Virus record (IMG/VR): IMGVR_UViG_3300027821_000007
Span: 1-64,000 of that record
DNA from: a virus
Direction: 5' to 3' (one strand)
DNA length: 64,000 nt
A program made the position numbers and the translations under genes. Within the stretch, counting starts at the first letter, position 1; every line of letters starts with the position of its first letter. The notes under the pieces are model-generated. The model had not been told where the DNA came from. It did no database searches and was given only the letters and a program-made list of their open reading frames with translations. Positions 17,876 through 24,925 of the stretch are shown here, one piece after another.

Positions 17876-17908
17876 GACCGAGTTCGTTAGAACGGTCTCA
17901 ACGGGGTT
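17860..17908 (-). terminator. intrinsic terminator for a leftward transcript
   Basis: AACCCCGUUGAGACCG...CGGUCUCAGCGGGG followed by a U-tract on the - strand. Confidence 0.7.
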
Positions 17909-17964
17909 AGGTGGTAATCAGAAGCGTAGATCGCGTTGGCAGATCAACGCTTCAATGGGGGTTT

Positions 17965-18029
17965 GGTTTCGACTGGCACGTGGGGGCACCAGCTCGTCTG
18001 CCTGCTTCCCATCAAGGGCAGCAGAAACC
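17965..18029 (-). ncRNA. hammerhead-like RNA (type III, core CAGACGA, NUH=GUU) inside the large ncRNA
   Basis: GGU-U-UCUGCUGCCC..GGGAAGCAGG-CAGACGA-GCUGG..CCAGUC-GAA-ACC. Confidence 0.55.
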
Positions 18030-18452
18030 TGGCCGCACCGCCAGGCGCCCGCCGGGGGCTAAGGCCCGGCGTAATGCAATTTGCCTGTGCAAGCACAGGC
18101 GTAGCTTTGCGGCACCTAACGGTGCGACCACCCGCCGTTCCCAGCTACCCGGATCATGCCTGGGCGGGGCACCTCCATCCTTGCGGTCGGAGGAATTTTC
18201 TAGGGGGAACGGCAAGCTGGCCAACCCATCGACCGCCCCGGGCCAAAAGCCAGGGCGCCGGCCGCGTGACTGGCAGCAGGACATTGCTACATGAGCGAGG
18301 ACATGCCGGTGGTCGCGGTATCGACGGATTGAAATTCTAGCTGACCAAATCTCCAAACCCCGGTGGCCTGGAGAACCTTTTCGGCGCCCCTTGCGGGGCA
18401 GCCTATCGGCACTAACGGGACCGATGGTCGACCGTTGATCAACTCTGATAAG

Positions 18453-18481
18453 GATATGGCGATTATGTAACGGTCCTTCAA
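18453..18481 (-). promoter_or_regulatory. putative promoter TTGAAG-N17-CATATC
   Basis: 17-nt spacing; shares 14 nt with the site at 7919-7947. Confidence 0.5.
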
Positions 18482-18495
18482 GGCTTTTTTGCAAC

Positions 18496-18528
18496 AAAAA
18501 ACGCCCCGCGAGGATCTCTCGCAGGGCG
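18496..18528 (-). terminator. intrinsic terminator after the 18534-19157 gene
   Basis: CGCCCUGCGAG..CUCGCGGGGCG followed by UUUUUU. Confidence 0.7.
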
Positions 18529-18533
18529 GAATT

Positions 18534-19157
18534 TTATGCGCGTGAGCGCAGCGCATCGATCTGCGCAGGAAGATGCGCATAACCATACGGACGATACACA
18601 ATCCGCGCCGCAGGCTTGTTCCAATCGTCGACCAGAAACTCAAAGGTCGCGGTGCCGTCAAGGCTGTCATCAGGGTCGAGCTTGTAAAAGCTATGAGCCT
18701 TGGCGAAGGCCAGAGCTACCCGACACGACAAATGCAGCATGTCAGCGGTGGAAACCTGCGGCAGCATGCCATGCTCGGTCATCGGATCCTGGGTGGGATC
18801 ACACAGACTTTGCGGGTCGAGGGCATGCTCGGCGGTCCAACTCGCCATCCAAGGACGGGGCTGGAAGGATATCGCGTGGCCGGCGCCGTCCTCTATGCGG
18901 ACGATCGCACGCTGAACCTCAGCGCGAAACGCGAAACAGGCGAGTATGGCAAGGCCCATTTGAACGGCCTCCTCATACGCCTTGGGTTTTGGCCTGGGTT
19001 TGCCCAGGCGCTGGTGATACAGCGGCATGCGAAGCGCCAGGAGCGTATTGTTATAGGCGGTCCACAGCAGTTTATGAGGCCGGGTCGTCGCCGGCAGGCT
19101 GTGGAACGGCGCCGTGGTACGCAGGTCTTCGACTATGCCAGCTATTATGTCGGGCAT
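18534..19157 (-). CDS. hypothetical protein (MPDIIAG..., 207 aa)
   Basis: Start reassigned to the ATG after the leader element. Confidence 0.75.
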   Translation of the reverse strand: MPDIIAGIVEDLRTTAPFHSLPATTRPHKLLWTAYNNTLLALRMPLYHQRLGKPRPKPKAYEEAVQMGLAILACFAFRAEVQRAIVRIEDGAGHAISFQPRPWMASWTAEHALDPQSLCDPTQDPMTEHGMLPQVSTADMLHLSCRVALAFAKAHSFYKLDPDDSLDGTATFEFLVDDWNKPAARIVYRPYGYAHLPAQIDALRSRA

Positions 19158-19160
19158 GGT

Positions 19161-19224
19161 TTGCCTTTCGCTTCCAGTGGCAGGGAAGCTCTCTGCCCCA
19201 CATGGGATCATATGGGAAAGGCAA
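19161..19224 (-). ncRNA. hammerhead-like leader RNA (type III)
   Basis: UUGCCU-U-stem I-CAGAGA-GCUUCC cugccacu GGAAGC-GAA-AGGCAA. Confidence 0.65.
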
Positions 19225-19261
19225 TAAGGAAAGGCCCCACCCGAAGGCGGGGCCATGGCAG

Positions 19262-19678
19262 TCAGAGCGGAACGCCGCGAGGACGAAATTCCTGGTCCTC
19301 CTTTTGCTCCCACCTCTCGGGCGGCAGCATGTCGATCGGCGTGTCGTCGTCGGGGTGATAGAGCACCGGCGCCCACATTTTGGCGTCCTCCCAGAAACTC
19401 AGCCCGTCCTCCACCTTGAGGGCGTAGTCGAGCTGCTCCTGGATCGTGCTGTCATAGCCGCACTGGACTTCGTAGTAGGAGCCGAAATCATGCGCCATCG
19501 AGGCGACGAATAGTCGCACCCCCTCGGGCGGCTCACCGAAAACACGCTTGAGCGCCGCGATGTAGGCGCGGCATTCGATCTTCTGCACATGCGCCCAATC
19601 GTACTTTTTAGAGCCGGTCGCGGCGCATGGTTCCTCGGAAGGGGTTGTTCCGATGTAGACGAGACCTCGTGTGTTCAT
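19262..19678 (-). CDS. conserved phage hypothetical protein (138 aa)
   Basis: IGTTPSEEPCA...ECRAYIAAL...HDFGSYYEV. Confidence 0.8.
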   Translation of the reverse strand: MNTRGLVYIGTTPSEEPCAATGSKKYDWAHVQKIECRAYIAALKRVFGEPPEGVRLFVASMAHDFGSYYEVQCGYDSTIQEQLDYALKVEDGLSFWEDAKMWAPVLYHPDDDTPIDMLPPERWEQKEDQEFRPRGVPL

Positions 19679-19687
19679 GAGGTATTG

Positions 19688-19749
19688 TCCCTTTCGCGCC
19701 CAGCAGCAGGGGCGCTCTCTGCCCCATGCCGAATGACATGGGAAAGGGA
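19688..19749 (-). ncRNA. hammerhead-like leader RNA (type III)
   Basis: Stem III UCCCU/AGGGA; core CAGAGA. Confidence 0.65.
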
Positions 19750-19859
19750 TGGGTGGCTTCAGCCATGCCGCGCGGATCGCAGCATGGGTGGCATGTGGGG
19801 AAGCCTCCGGAGAGGCGGGGGAATGAGGGGGCCGGCCCCGGCGGGACCAGCCATGCCGC

Positions 19860-19952
19860 TCATTTGACGATGAAGCCCATGATGAGAAGCCAGGCCCCTA
19901 AGAGCCAGGCCCACCACGGGACATAGAGCAGGGCGCAGGCCAATAGGAACAT
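19860..19952 (-). CDS. 30-aa membrane peptide
   Basis: MFLLACALLYVPWWAWLLGAWLLIMGFIVK; AAGG upstream. Confidence 0.5.
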   Translation of the reverse strand: MFLLACALLYVPWWAWLLGAWLLIMGFIVK

Positions 19953-20064
19953 TGGTCGGTTGCCTTGTGCTGGGGGTTGCAAAAGAAACGCCCCACCCCG
20001 GAAAGGGCTGGAGCGCTTCTCATAAATGGTGATCAATCGTATTGATTGCAATGTAGGAATGAAG

Positions 20065-20101
20065 AAAACCCCCAACCCTTCGATGAGGGCTGGGGGTTTT
20101 T
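20065..20101. terminator. bidirectional terminator
   Basis: AAAACCCCCA...TGGGGGTTTTT. Confidence 0.65.
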
Positions 20102-20105
20102 CTGT

Positions 20106-20411
20106 TCAGCTAACGACTTCGGCGTCGACCGGAGCGGCTTTGGCCTTCTTCTCCTTGGCGGTGAAGGGCCATACGGTCTCGGGCTTCTCGAAGCGGATGT
20201 TGCTGACTTTGCGGTAGAGGTACTTGGTCGACTTGACGGTGCCGTAAGTGGCGCCGCCGACGACCGCGAGGCCGCCGATAACAACAGCCGACTTGCCCAG
20301 GTTGTAGAACCCAGCCTCGACACCCCAGCGCAGGTTTTCGCCAGCGCGGCGGAGCGAGATGAAGGGACGAACAGCCTTGACGGCATCGGCAACAGTGGTT
20401 GTGTCAAGCAT
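20106..20411 (-). CDS. single-TM hypothetical protein (101 aa)
   Basis: GGAGG RBS; AVVIGGLAVVGGATYG. Confidence 0.75.
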   Translation of the reverse strand: MLDTTTVADAVKAVRPFISLRRAGENLRWGVEAGFYNLGKSAVVIGGLAVVGGATYGTVKSTKYLYRKVSNIRFEKPETVWPFTAKEKKAKAAPVDAEVVS

Positions 20412-20420
20412 TGTAGCCTC

Positions 20421-20482
20421 CTTGGTTTCGCCGGCCTTTTCTAGAGAAGCCGGCTGATCTCCCCCCGCGAGGGGGTACCAAG
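20421..20482 (-). ncRNA. hammerhead-like leader RNA with G3-C8 core (GAGAUCA), NUH=GUA
   Basis: CUUGGU-A-CCCCC ucgc GGGGG-GAGAUCA-GCCGGC..GCCGGC-GAA-ACCAAG-gaggcuaca-AUG. Confidence 0.6.
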
Positions 20483-20624
20483 TCTTTTCGCTTGTGTTAT
20501 AGATATAGGGTTTAGTTGTATAAATGCAAGTGTTTTGTGTGATTTTGTTGAATAAAATCAGTATTTTATGCGCTTTTGAGGGGTCCGGCCCCGATCCCTG
20601 TGCAGGATCGGGGCGAACTTCTCA

Positions 20625-21023
20625 CTAAACGTGCGAACGCGGAGCTGGATGCAGCCGCTGCAACGTCCGGCGAAGCGCCTTACGCGTCTCCTCCGGCACG
20701 TCGTCGTTCAACGACATCTTGACGGCAGCACGAAAAACATCGCGCTGGCCCTCGAGATACTTGATGGCTTCGACCGGAATTTCCTCCGAAGCAAGCAGCA
20801 AGCAGAGAACAACGCTATTGCGCTCCCTGCGCATCCCACTCTGCGAACGCAAGCGGGAAAGAAGCCCGCGACCCTCCTCGGAAACGATGTGATACCCCGC
20901 CGTGATGACAATCGCACTCGCCGCAAACCCCACGGCATAAGCCATGGAGCCAAGCGACTTGCCATTCGTCATCCGGCGGACCGCATCGCCACCGTTAAGG
21001 GGCGCATCGGTGCCAAAACTCAT
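20625..21023 (-). CDS. single-TM hypothetical protein (MSFGTDA...)
   Basis: Start reassigned to the ATG after the leader element. Confidence 0.7.
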   Translation of the reverse strand: MSFGTDAPLNGGDAVRRMTNGKSLGSMAYAVGFAASAIVITAGYHIVSEEGRGLLSRLRSQSGMRRERNSVVLCLLLASEEIPVEAIKYLEGQRDVFRAAVKMSLNDDVPEETRKALRRTLQRLHPAPRSHV

Positions 21024-21029
21024 TGGTTT

Positions 21030-21091
21030 TGCCTTTCGCACCCCAGTAGCAGGGGATGCTCTCTGCCAGCCCCGGAAGGGACTGAAAGGCA
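21030..21091 (-). ncRNA. hammerhead-like leader RNA (type III)
   Basis: Core CAGAGA; loop II CUGCUACU. Confidence 0.65.
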
Positions 21092-21121
21092 CGGTCCGGG
21101 ATTACCGGACCGCTTGGGTTC

Positions 21122-21241
21122 TCAGAAGCAGCGGTATTTACCGCCGCCTGTCGAGTAGCAATAAGCATCGGCGCTATGCGAGTACGCATAGCCGCCGGCA
21201 AGGGCCACAATGACACTGAGAGCGAGCAATATTCGCTTCAT
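21122..21241 (-). CDS. 39-aa secreted peptide precursor with two Cys
   Basis: Manual translation MKRILLALSVIVALAGGYAYSHSADAYCYSTGGGKYRCF*; follows a leader element. Confidence 0.65.
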   Translation of the reverse strand: MKRILLALSVIVALAGGYAYSHSADAYCYSTGGGKYRCF

Positions 21242-21249
21242 TTGGTTTT

Positions 21250-21305
21250 GCCTTTCGCGTCCAGTCAGGGACGCTCTCTGCCAGCTCCGGATGGAACTGA
21301 AAGGC
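21250..21305 (-). ncRNA. hammerhead-like leader RNA (type III)
   Basis: Core CAGAGA; stem II GCGUCC/GGACGC. Confidence 0.65.
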
Positions 21306-21334
21306 GACCCGCGCAGTGGCGGGCCTCCGGAGTG

Positions 21335-21550
21335 CTAGCACCTCCAGTAAGGGCAACGATAAACAACGACCGGCGGCGTGTAATAGTAGCTTGGCTGGCT
21401 CGCCGAATAGACTTCGGCAGCGCCTAACGCAGCAGCGCCGACCCCTAAGGTAACAGCGCCGATCGTGTGCCAATCCACCGAACCATCGGTGTTGCAGCCG
21501 CTGAGCAACATGCATATGCATGCCGTCACTAGCTTCCTTGTGTAAGACAT
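21335..21550 (-). CDS. small lipoprotein
   Basis: MSYTRKLVTACICMLLSG-C lipobox; glycine-zipper-like segment. Confidence 0.65.
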   Translation of the reverse strand: MSYTRKLVTACICMLLSGCNTDGSVDWHTIGAVTLGVGAAALGAAEVYSASQPSYYYTPPVVVYRCPYWRC

Positions 21551-21560
21551 TTGGGGGTCT

Positions 21561-21619
21561 GCCTTTCGCATCCATTCAGGGACGCTCTCTGCCGGTCCCC
21601 GGGATCGGGGCCGAAAGGC
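21561..21619 (-). ncRNA. hammerhead-like leader RNA (type III)
   Basis: Core CAGAGA; stem II GCGUCC/GGAUGC (G-U wobble on the - strand). Confidence 0.65.
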
Positions 21620-21645
21620 GACCCGCGATGCGGGCCTCCAACCCG

Positions 21646-21864
21646 CTATGCGGGCTTTTTCCGAGGGGCGAAGATCGCGGCGAGGATCGCGCCGAAAGCG
21701 CCAGCGGCGTTCAGCATGTTGACCTCGTCCCAGAGCTTCTTGGCCTCGTCGTCAGGCAGTGCCTTGAGCACCTTCTGAATGGCGACGGCCTGGTTGGCCT
21801 TGTCTTCCGTCTCCGTGAGGTAGTGGAAGAGATGGCTCTTGGGGCCGTTGAAGGGATTGTACAT
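21646..21864 (-). CDS. hypothetical protein with C-terminal TM (MYNPFNG...)
   Basis: Start reassigned to the ATG after the leader element. Confidence 0.7.
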   Translation of the reverse strand: MYNPFNGPKSHLFHYLTETEDKANQAVAIQKVLKALPDDEAKKLWDEVNMLNAAGAFGAILAAIFAPRKKPA

Positions 21865-21870
21865 TGGCGT

Positions 21871-21931
21871 GTGCCTTTCGCGCCATGCAGGGCGCTCTCT
21901 GCCGGACACCCGTGTCGGGGCCGAAAGGCAC
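21871..21931 (-). ncRNA. hammerhead-like leader RNA (type III)
   Basis: GUGCCU-U-stem I-CAGAGA-GCGCC cugcau GGCGC-GAA-AGGCAC. Confidence 0.65.
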
Positions 21932-21953
21932 CCCGCACATGGCGGGGCAGTCT

Positions 21954-22190
21954 TCAGTCTTGGGCGCCCAGCCACACGACGGGAAAACCGTCATGCTTGG
22001 CGGCTTCCTGCAGATGGTCGATCCAGTTGATGAGACCGTCCAACCCAGGATCCGTGTCCGCGAGGCTGAGCAAGAGCTGTTTTTGTTGGGAAAGTAGCTT
22101 CCAGTCCGTCGCGGCGAAGATGTCTTCGACGTGCAGACCGGCCCAGTCATCCCGCAGTGAGCGGGGACCGTTGGGAGGTGGGGTAAGCAT
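21954..22190 (-). CDS. hypothetical protein (78 aa)
   Basis: AAGGA RBS; first gene of the leftward cluster. Confidence 0.7.
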   Translation of the reverse strand: MLTPPPNGPRSLRDDWAGLHVEDIFAATDWKLLSQQKQLLLSLADTDPGLDGLINWIDHLQEAAKHDGFPVVWLGAQD

Positions 22191-22390
22191 TTGATGCTTC
22201 CTTGTGTTTGGGGATATGGATTTCGTCGGATTTCCTAGAGACAGGCCATCATGGTGGGATCGTGCGATCCGCGGGCCTTCCCGACTGAACTCGCCGGGCT
22301 TGAAGCCGGCTATCCATCGCGTAGTCTAAAGGTGGTGTTTCGTAATGAAAAATCAAGGTGTAAGGCAGTTTTCTGCCATTTGAGGGGGTT

Positions 22391-23488
22391 ATGAGACGCG
22401 AAACAGCGCCCGAAATGGTGCTATTGGCCAAGCTGCTCTACGAAACTAGGGAAATCAGTTTCTCGCAGTTGACTGGCCAATTCGACATCCAAAAGACGTT
22501 GATTGGCGGATTTTCCAATAAACAAGGCTGGACGCCGTTCCCAAATGTGGTGGAACAACTCGCCAAACAGGTGGAAACTGAGGCTATGGAAGCGGTGAAG
22601 AAGCATCGGCCTGGGCGGCCCGTCAACGGCCAGAAGCCGTTCGAGCTACCCAAGCGCTCGCCAGGTCGGCCACGCATATACCCGCGTGATCGCAACGCCA
22701 GGCCAACCACCGAGGAGCAGATCCTCATCAAGCAAGCGCGCGAACTGTGGGAGGCCGGCAAGGGCAACAAGGCCCAGGTCGCGGCTTTGCTCGGTATCCC
22801 GGTGACCCGGCTTTACCACGCATCGAAGGTGCAGAACTGGGTTGATCCACGGCTTGCCAAAATGAAAGCAGAGTATCCAGAGAGTTTTGCGACTTCAGGA
22901 TTTATTATTCCACCACCTTCGCCGGACACAGCCAAAGCACAGTTGCAAATAACGCTATCGGCTATTCGCGGTATGATGTCGAGGCGGCAAATATACCAAC
23001 TCGATGACTTCGAAGAGCTCATAGCAAAATACGGTCATCTTATAGAAGTGTATCTTGATCCTCATCGCTTTGTTGATGAGCGAGGACTGTCTGCCGATGA
23101 AATCGTCAGGCGGGTCGCGGAGGTACAGGGCACGGCTCTGCGGTTACTGACCCCCACCAAGCAGGACAGCCTGAGCGGATCGCTCAAGACCTACACCGAC
23201 GCGCTGATGCGCAGCATCGAACTCAAGCGCGCGATCGCCGGGCTGAACAAGCTGGTGCCGCCACCCGATGGCGAGGTCGACGAGGAACAAGGCGGCGATC
23301 GCCACATCCTCGACATGCAAACCCTGTCGACCGAGGAGTTGCGGGTCGTGCAGCGTGGGATGGAACTGCTCGAGCGCCACCAGAGGGCAGCGCGCAGCCT
23401 GCCGAGGCCGCCGGCGCCGGACGGCATCGACGACCTGCTCGGCCCCGAACCTCAGGTGGTCCAAGACCCCGATATCGCGCCGCGGTAA
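22391..23488 (+). CDS. DNA-binding protein, possible terminase small subunit
   Basis: PGRP AT-hook-like motifs, HTH (ELWEAGKGNKAQVAALLGIP), C-terminal LDMQTLSTEELR resembling TerS tails. Confidence 0.5.
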   Translation: MRRETAPEMVLLAKLLYETREISFSQLTGQFDIQKTLIGGFSNKQGWTPFPNVVEQLAKQVETEAMEAVKKHRPGRPVNGQKPFELPKRSPGRPRIYPRDRNARPTTEEQILIKQARELWEAGKGNKAQVAALLGIPVTRLYHASKVQNWVDPRLAKMKAEYPESFATSGFIIPPPSPDTAKAQLQITLSAIRGMMSRRQIYQLDDFEELIAKYGHLIEVYLDPHRFVDERGLSADEIVRRVAEVQGTALRLLTPTKQDSLSGSLKTYTDALMRSIELKRAIAGLNKLVPPPDGEVDEEQGGDRHILDMQTLSTEELRVVQRGMELLERHQRAARSLPRPPAPDGIDDLLGPEPQVVQDPDIAPR

Positions 23489-23709
23489 CCAACCCGGTTC
23501 GGATGGCGCCAGGTCATGCCGTAGGCTATGTCGCAATGCTCGGCACAGTACGAATGGCCGTGCACGACCGGAGCGCAGCAAAACTGCGGGTTGCGGCCGG
23601 CGCGCTCCCGGTGCGGCCACATCGGCCACTGGCAGGGCTTCACCAGCGGCCCCGGCTCAGGCAGCGGCTTCCTCTTCCGGCCAGACGGGTTGAACACGAA
23701 ATTCAACAT
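23452..23709 (-). CDS. GcrA C-terminal-domain-like protein
   Basis: CQWPMW...FCCAP...SYCAEHCDIAY matches the GcrA CxWP...FC...YCxxH...AY motif. Confidence 0.75.
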   Translation of the reverse strand: MLNFVFNPSGRKRKPLPEPGPLVKPCQWPMWPHRERAGRNPQFCCAPVVHGHSYCAEHCDIAYGMTWRHPNRVGYRGAISGSWTT

Positions 23710-23760
23710 CCACGCCGCTGTGCCGGGTTGTTCGCGATTCGCGCAAGCGCGACGTGCGGC

Positions 23761-23940
23761 TCAGGCCTCCTTCAGGACCTTGGCCACCGGCTCGACCAGC
23801 CAGCCGCGCGCCTTGGCGCAGCTTTCGCACCAGGCGCGGTCGGGGACAGCTCGGAAAATCGTGATGTTGCCGGGGGTCAGGACGGCATCGACCCCGGGGG
23901 AGAAGGTGATCGCCTTGCGGCCGCACTCACATCGGGGCAT
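23761..23940 (-). CDS. small Cys-containing protein (59 aa)
   Basis: Manual translation MPRCECGRKAITF...AWCESCAKARGW... Confidence 0.55.
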   Translation of the reverse strand: MPRCECGRKAITFSPGVDAVLTPGNITIFRAVPDRAWCESCAKARGWLVEPVAKVLKEA

Positions 23941-24145
23941 CGATCTCCTTCAGCGGCACCGGGCAGGAAGGCTTCATGCCGCGCGGGCGATAGGCCCACT
24001 CCGCCAGAAAGCGCTTGCAGTTGCCGCAATAGCGAACTTCGGCTTCAGCCTCGTCGGTGGCAGTGGCGCCACAAATCGGACAGACGATATCGTGCGTCAT
24101 CATAGGCTTCCTGGGGATAAAGGTCACCCTTTGCGGCGTTTTCAT
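23927..24145 (-). CDS. Zn-ribbon protein (72 aa)
   Basis: CPICG...YCGNCKRF; ATGA overlap with the upstream gene. Confidence 0.65.
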   Translation of the reverse strand: MKTPQRVTFIPRKPMMTHDIVCPICGATATDEAEAEVRYCGNCKRFLAEWAYRPRGMKPSCPVPLKEIDAPM

Positions 24146-24360
24146 TCGAGCGGCAACCCCTCCTGCACCGGCTTGTCGGTATCACGCAGGGCCAGCAGCG
24201 TCGCCAGCACCGCTTCCATGGACAGGATCTCCTCGTCGGCGATCTTCTGCGTCATGCGATGGCTGGCCACCCATTTCGGATAGTTGTAGTGGCGCATCCG
24301 CACCTCGCGCTTGATGCACTCGATCTGGCGCTGCAGGCCGGGAACGAAGGGTGGACTCAT
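24142..24360 (-). CDS. conserved phage hypothetical protein
   Basis: QIECIKREVRMRHYNYPKWV...MEAVLATL; ATGA coupling. Confidence 0.75.
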   Translation of the reverse strand: MSPPFVPGLQRQIECIKREVRMRHYNYPKWVASHRMTQKIADEEILSMEAVLATLLALRDTDKPVQEGLPLE

Positions 24361-24590
24361 GGCGAGCCCGGAGGCGGCGCGCCCTTCTGTACCTGTCGCA
24401 GTACCTGCCGGATGTGCTTGTGCATTGCATCCAGCACGGACACCGCGCCCCTTTTCCCCGCTTTCAGGGACTGCCTGGTCATCACGAGCTCAATGATCTT
24501 CATCTGGGTGACGGGGTCATACTCATCGAGGATGGCGGTGACGCGGTCGACGAACGGCATCAGGTCGATGTCGAGGTAAGCGGTTGGCAT
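24357..24590 (-). CDS. hypothetical protein (77 aa)
   Basis: AAAGGA RBS; coupled to the next gene. Confidence 0.7.
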   Translation of the reverse strand: MPTAYLDIDLMPFVDRVTAILDEYDPVTQMKIIELVMTRQSLKAGKRGAVSVLDAMHKHIRQVLRQVQKGAPPPGSP

Positions 24591-24608
24591 GGCAGTTCCT
24601 TTCGGTTG

Positions 24609-24710
24609 TCAGTCCAGATCGCCTCGCCAGACGCGGTACATCAGCGTCAGGCCGCCGTAGATCACGCCGATGATCGCGGCGAAGAACAGGATCCAGATCA
24701 GGTCGCTCAC
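24609..24710 (-). CDS. 33-aa membrane peptide (GTG start)
   Basis: MSDLIWILFFAAIIGVIYGGLTLMYRVWRGDLD; GTGA overlap. Confidence 0.5.
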   Translation of the reverse strand: MSDLIWILFFAAIIGVIYGGLTLMYRVWRGDLD

Positions 24711-24925
24711 GTGCGTGGCGACCCGTCTGCGTTGCGGGTGATCGCGACATTCGACCACATCGCGCACTCCCGAAGCTTGCGCATCACGTAGGTCCGGTCG
24801 GGGCCTTCAGGGAGCAATTCCGAGAGGATGTCGGCCAATTCGGTGAACGCGTTGCGCACCTCAACCATCAGTTCAAGCTGCTCGTCCGTTGGCTTGAGAT
24901 ATTGGAACGCCGTTGGGTCGATCAT
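24707..24925 (-). CDS. Acb2/Tad1-like cyclic-nucleotide sponge candidate
   Basis: FQYLKPTDEQ...RKLRECAMWSNVAITR resembles the Acb2-type KLxEAxMWA helix hairpin. Confidence 0.6.
   Translation of the reverse strand: MIDPTAFQYLKPTDEQLELMVEVRNAFTELADILSELLPEGPDRTYVMRKLRECAMWSNVAITRNADGSPRT

Larger units (their letters stand above)
17860..18452 (-). ncRNA. large structured non-coding RNA candidate (~590 nt)
   Basis: Bounded by a promoter and terminator; no credible ORF; nested long-range stems; GCAA and CUUG tetraloops on the - strand. Confidence 0.6.

Noticed and set aside
17911-18497. ORFs of 127, 134 and 161 aa in the 17.9-18.5 kb gap
   Set aside because: They overlap each other, have low-complexity R/P/G composition and no RBS, and the 161-aa one starts upstream of the promoter; the region is better explained as ncRNA.
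3178-21931. Leader elements as rho-independent terminators, REP elements or integron attC sites
   Set aside because: No U-tracts, no GTTRRRY cores and no integrase seen; conserved unpaired junction bases and a fixed position at the RBS point to a three-way-junction RNA.
4977-21975. ORF-track starts at 5393, 5737, 7896, 19376, 21092, 21571 and 21975
   Set aside because: These N-terminal extensions read through the structured leader elements; downstream ATGs with the SD are more plausible.
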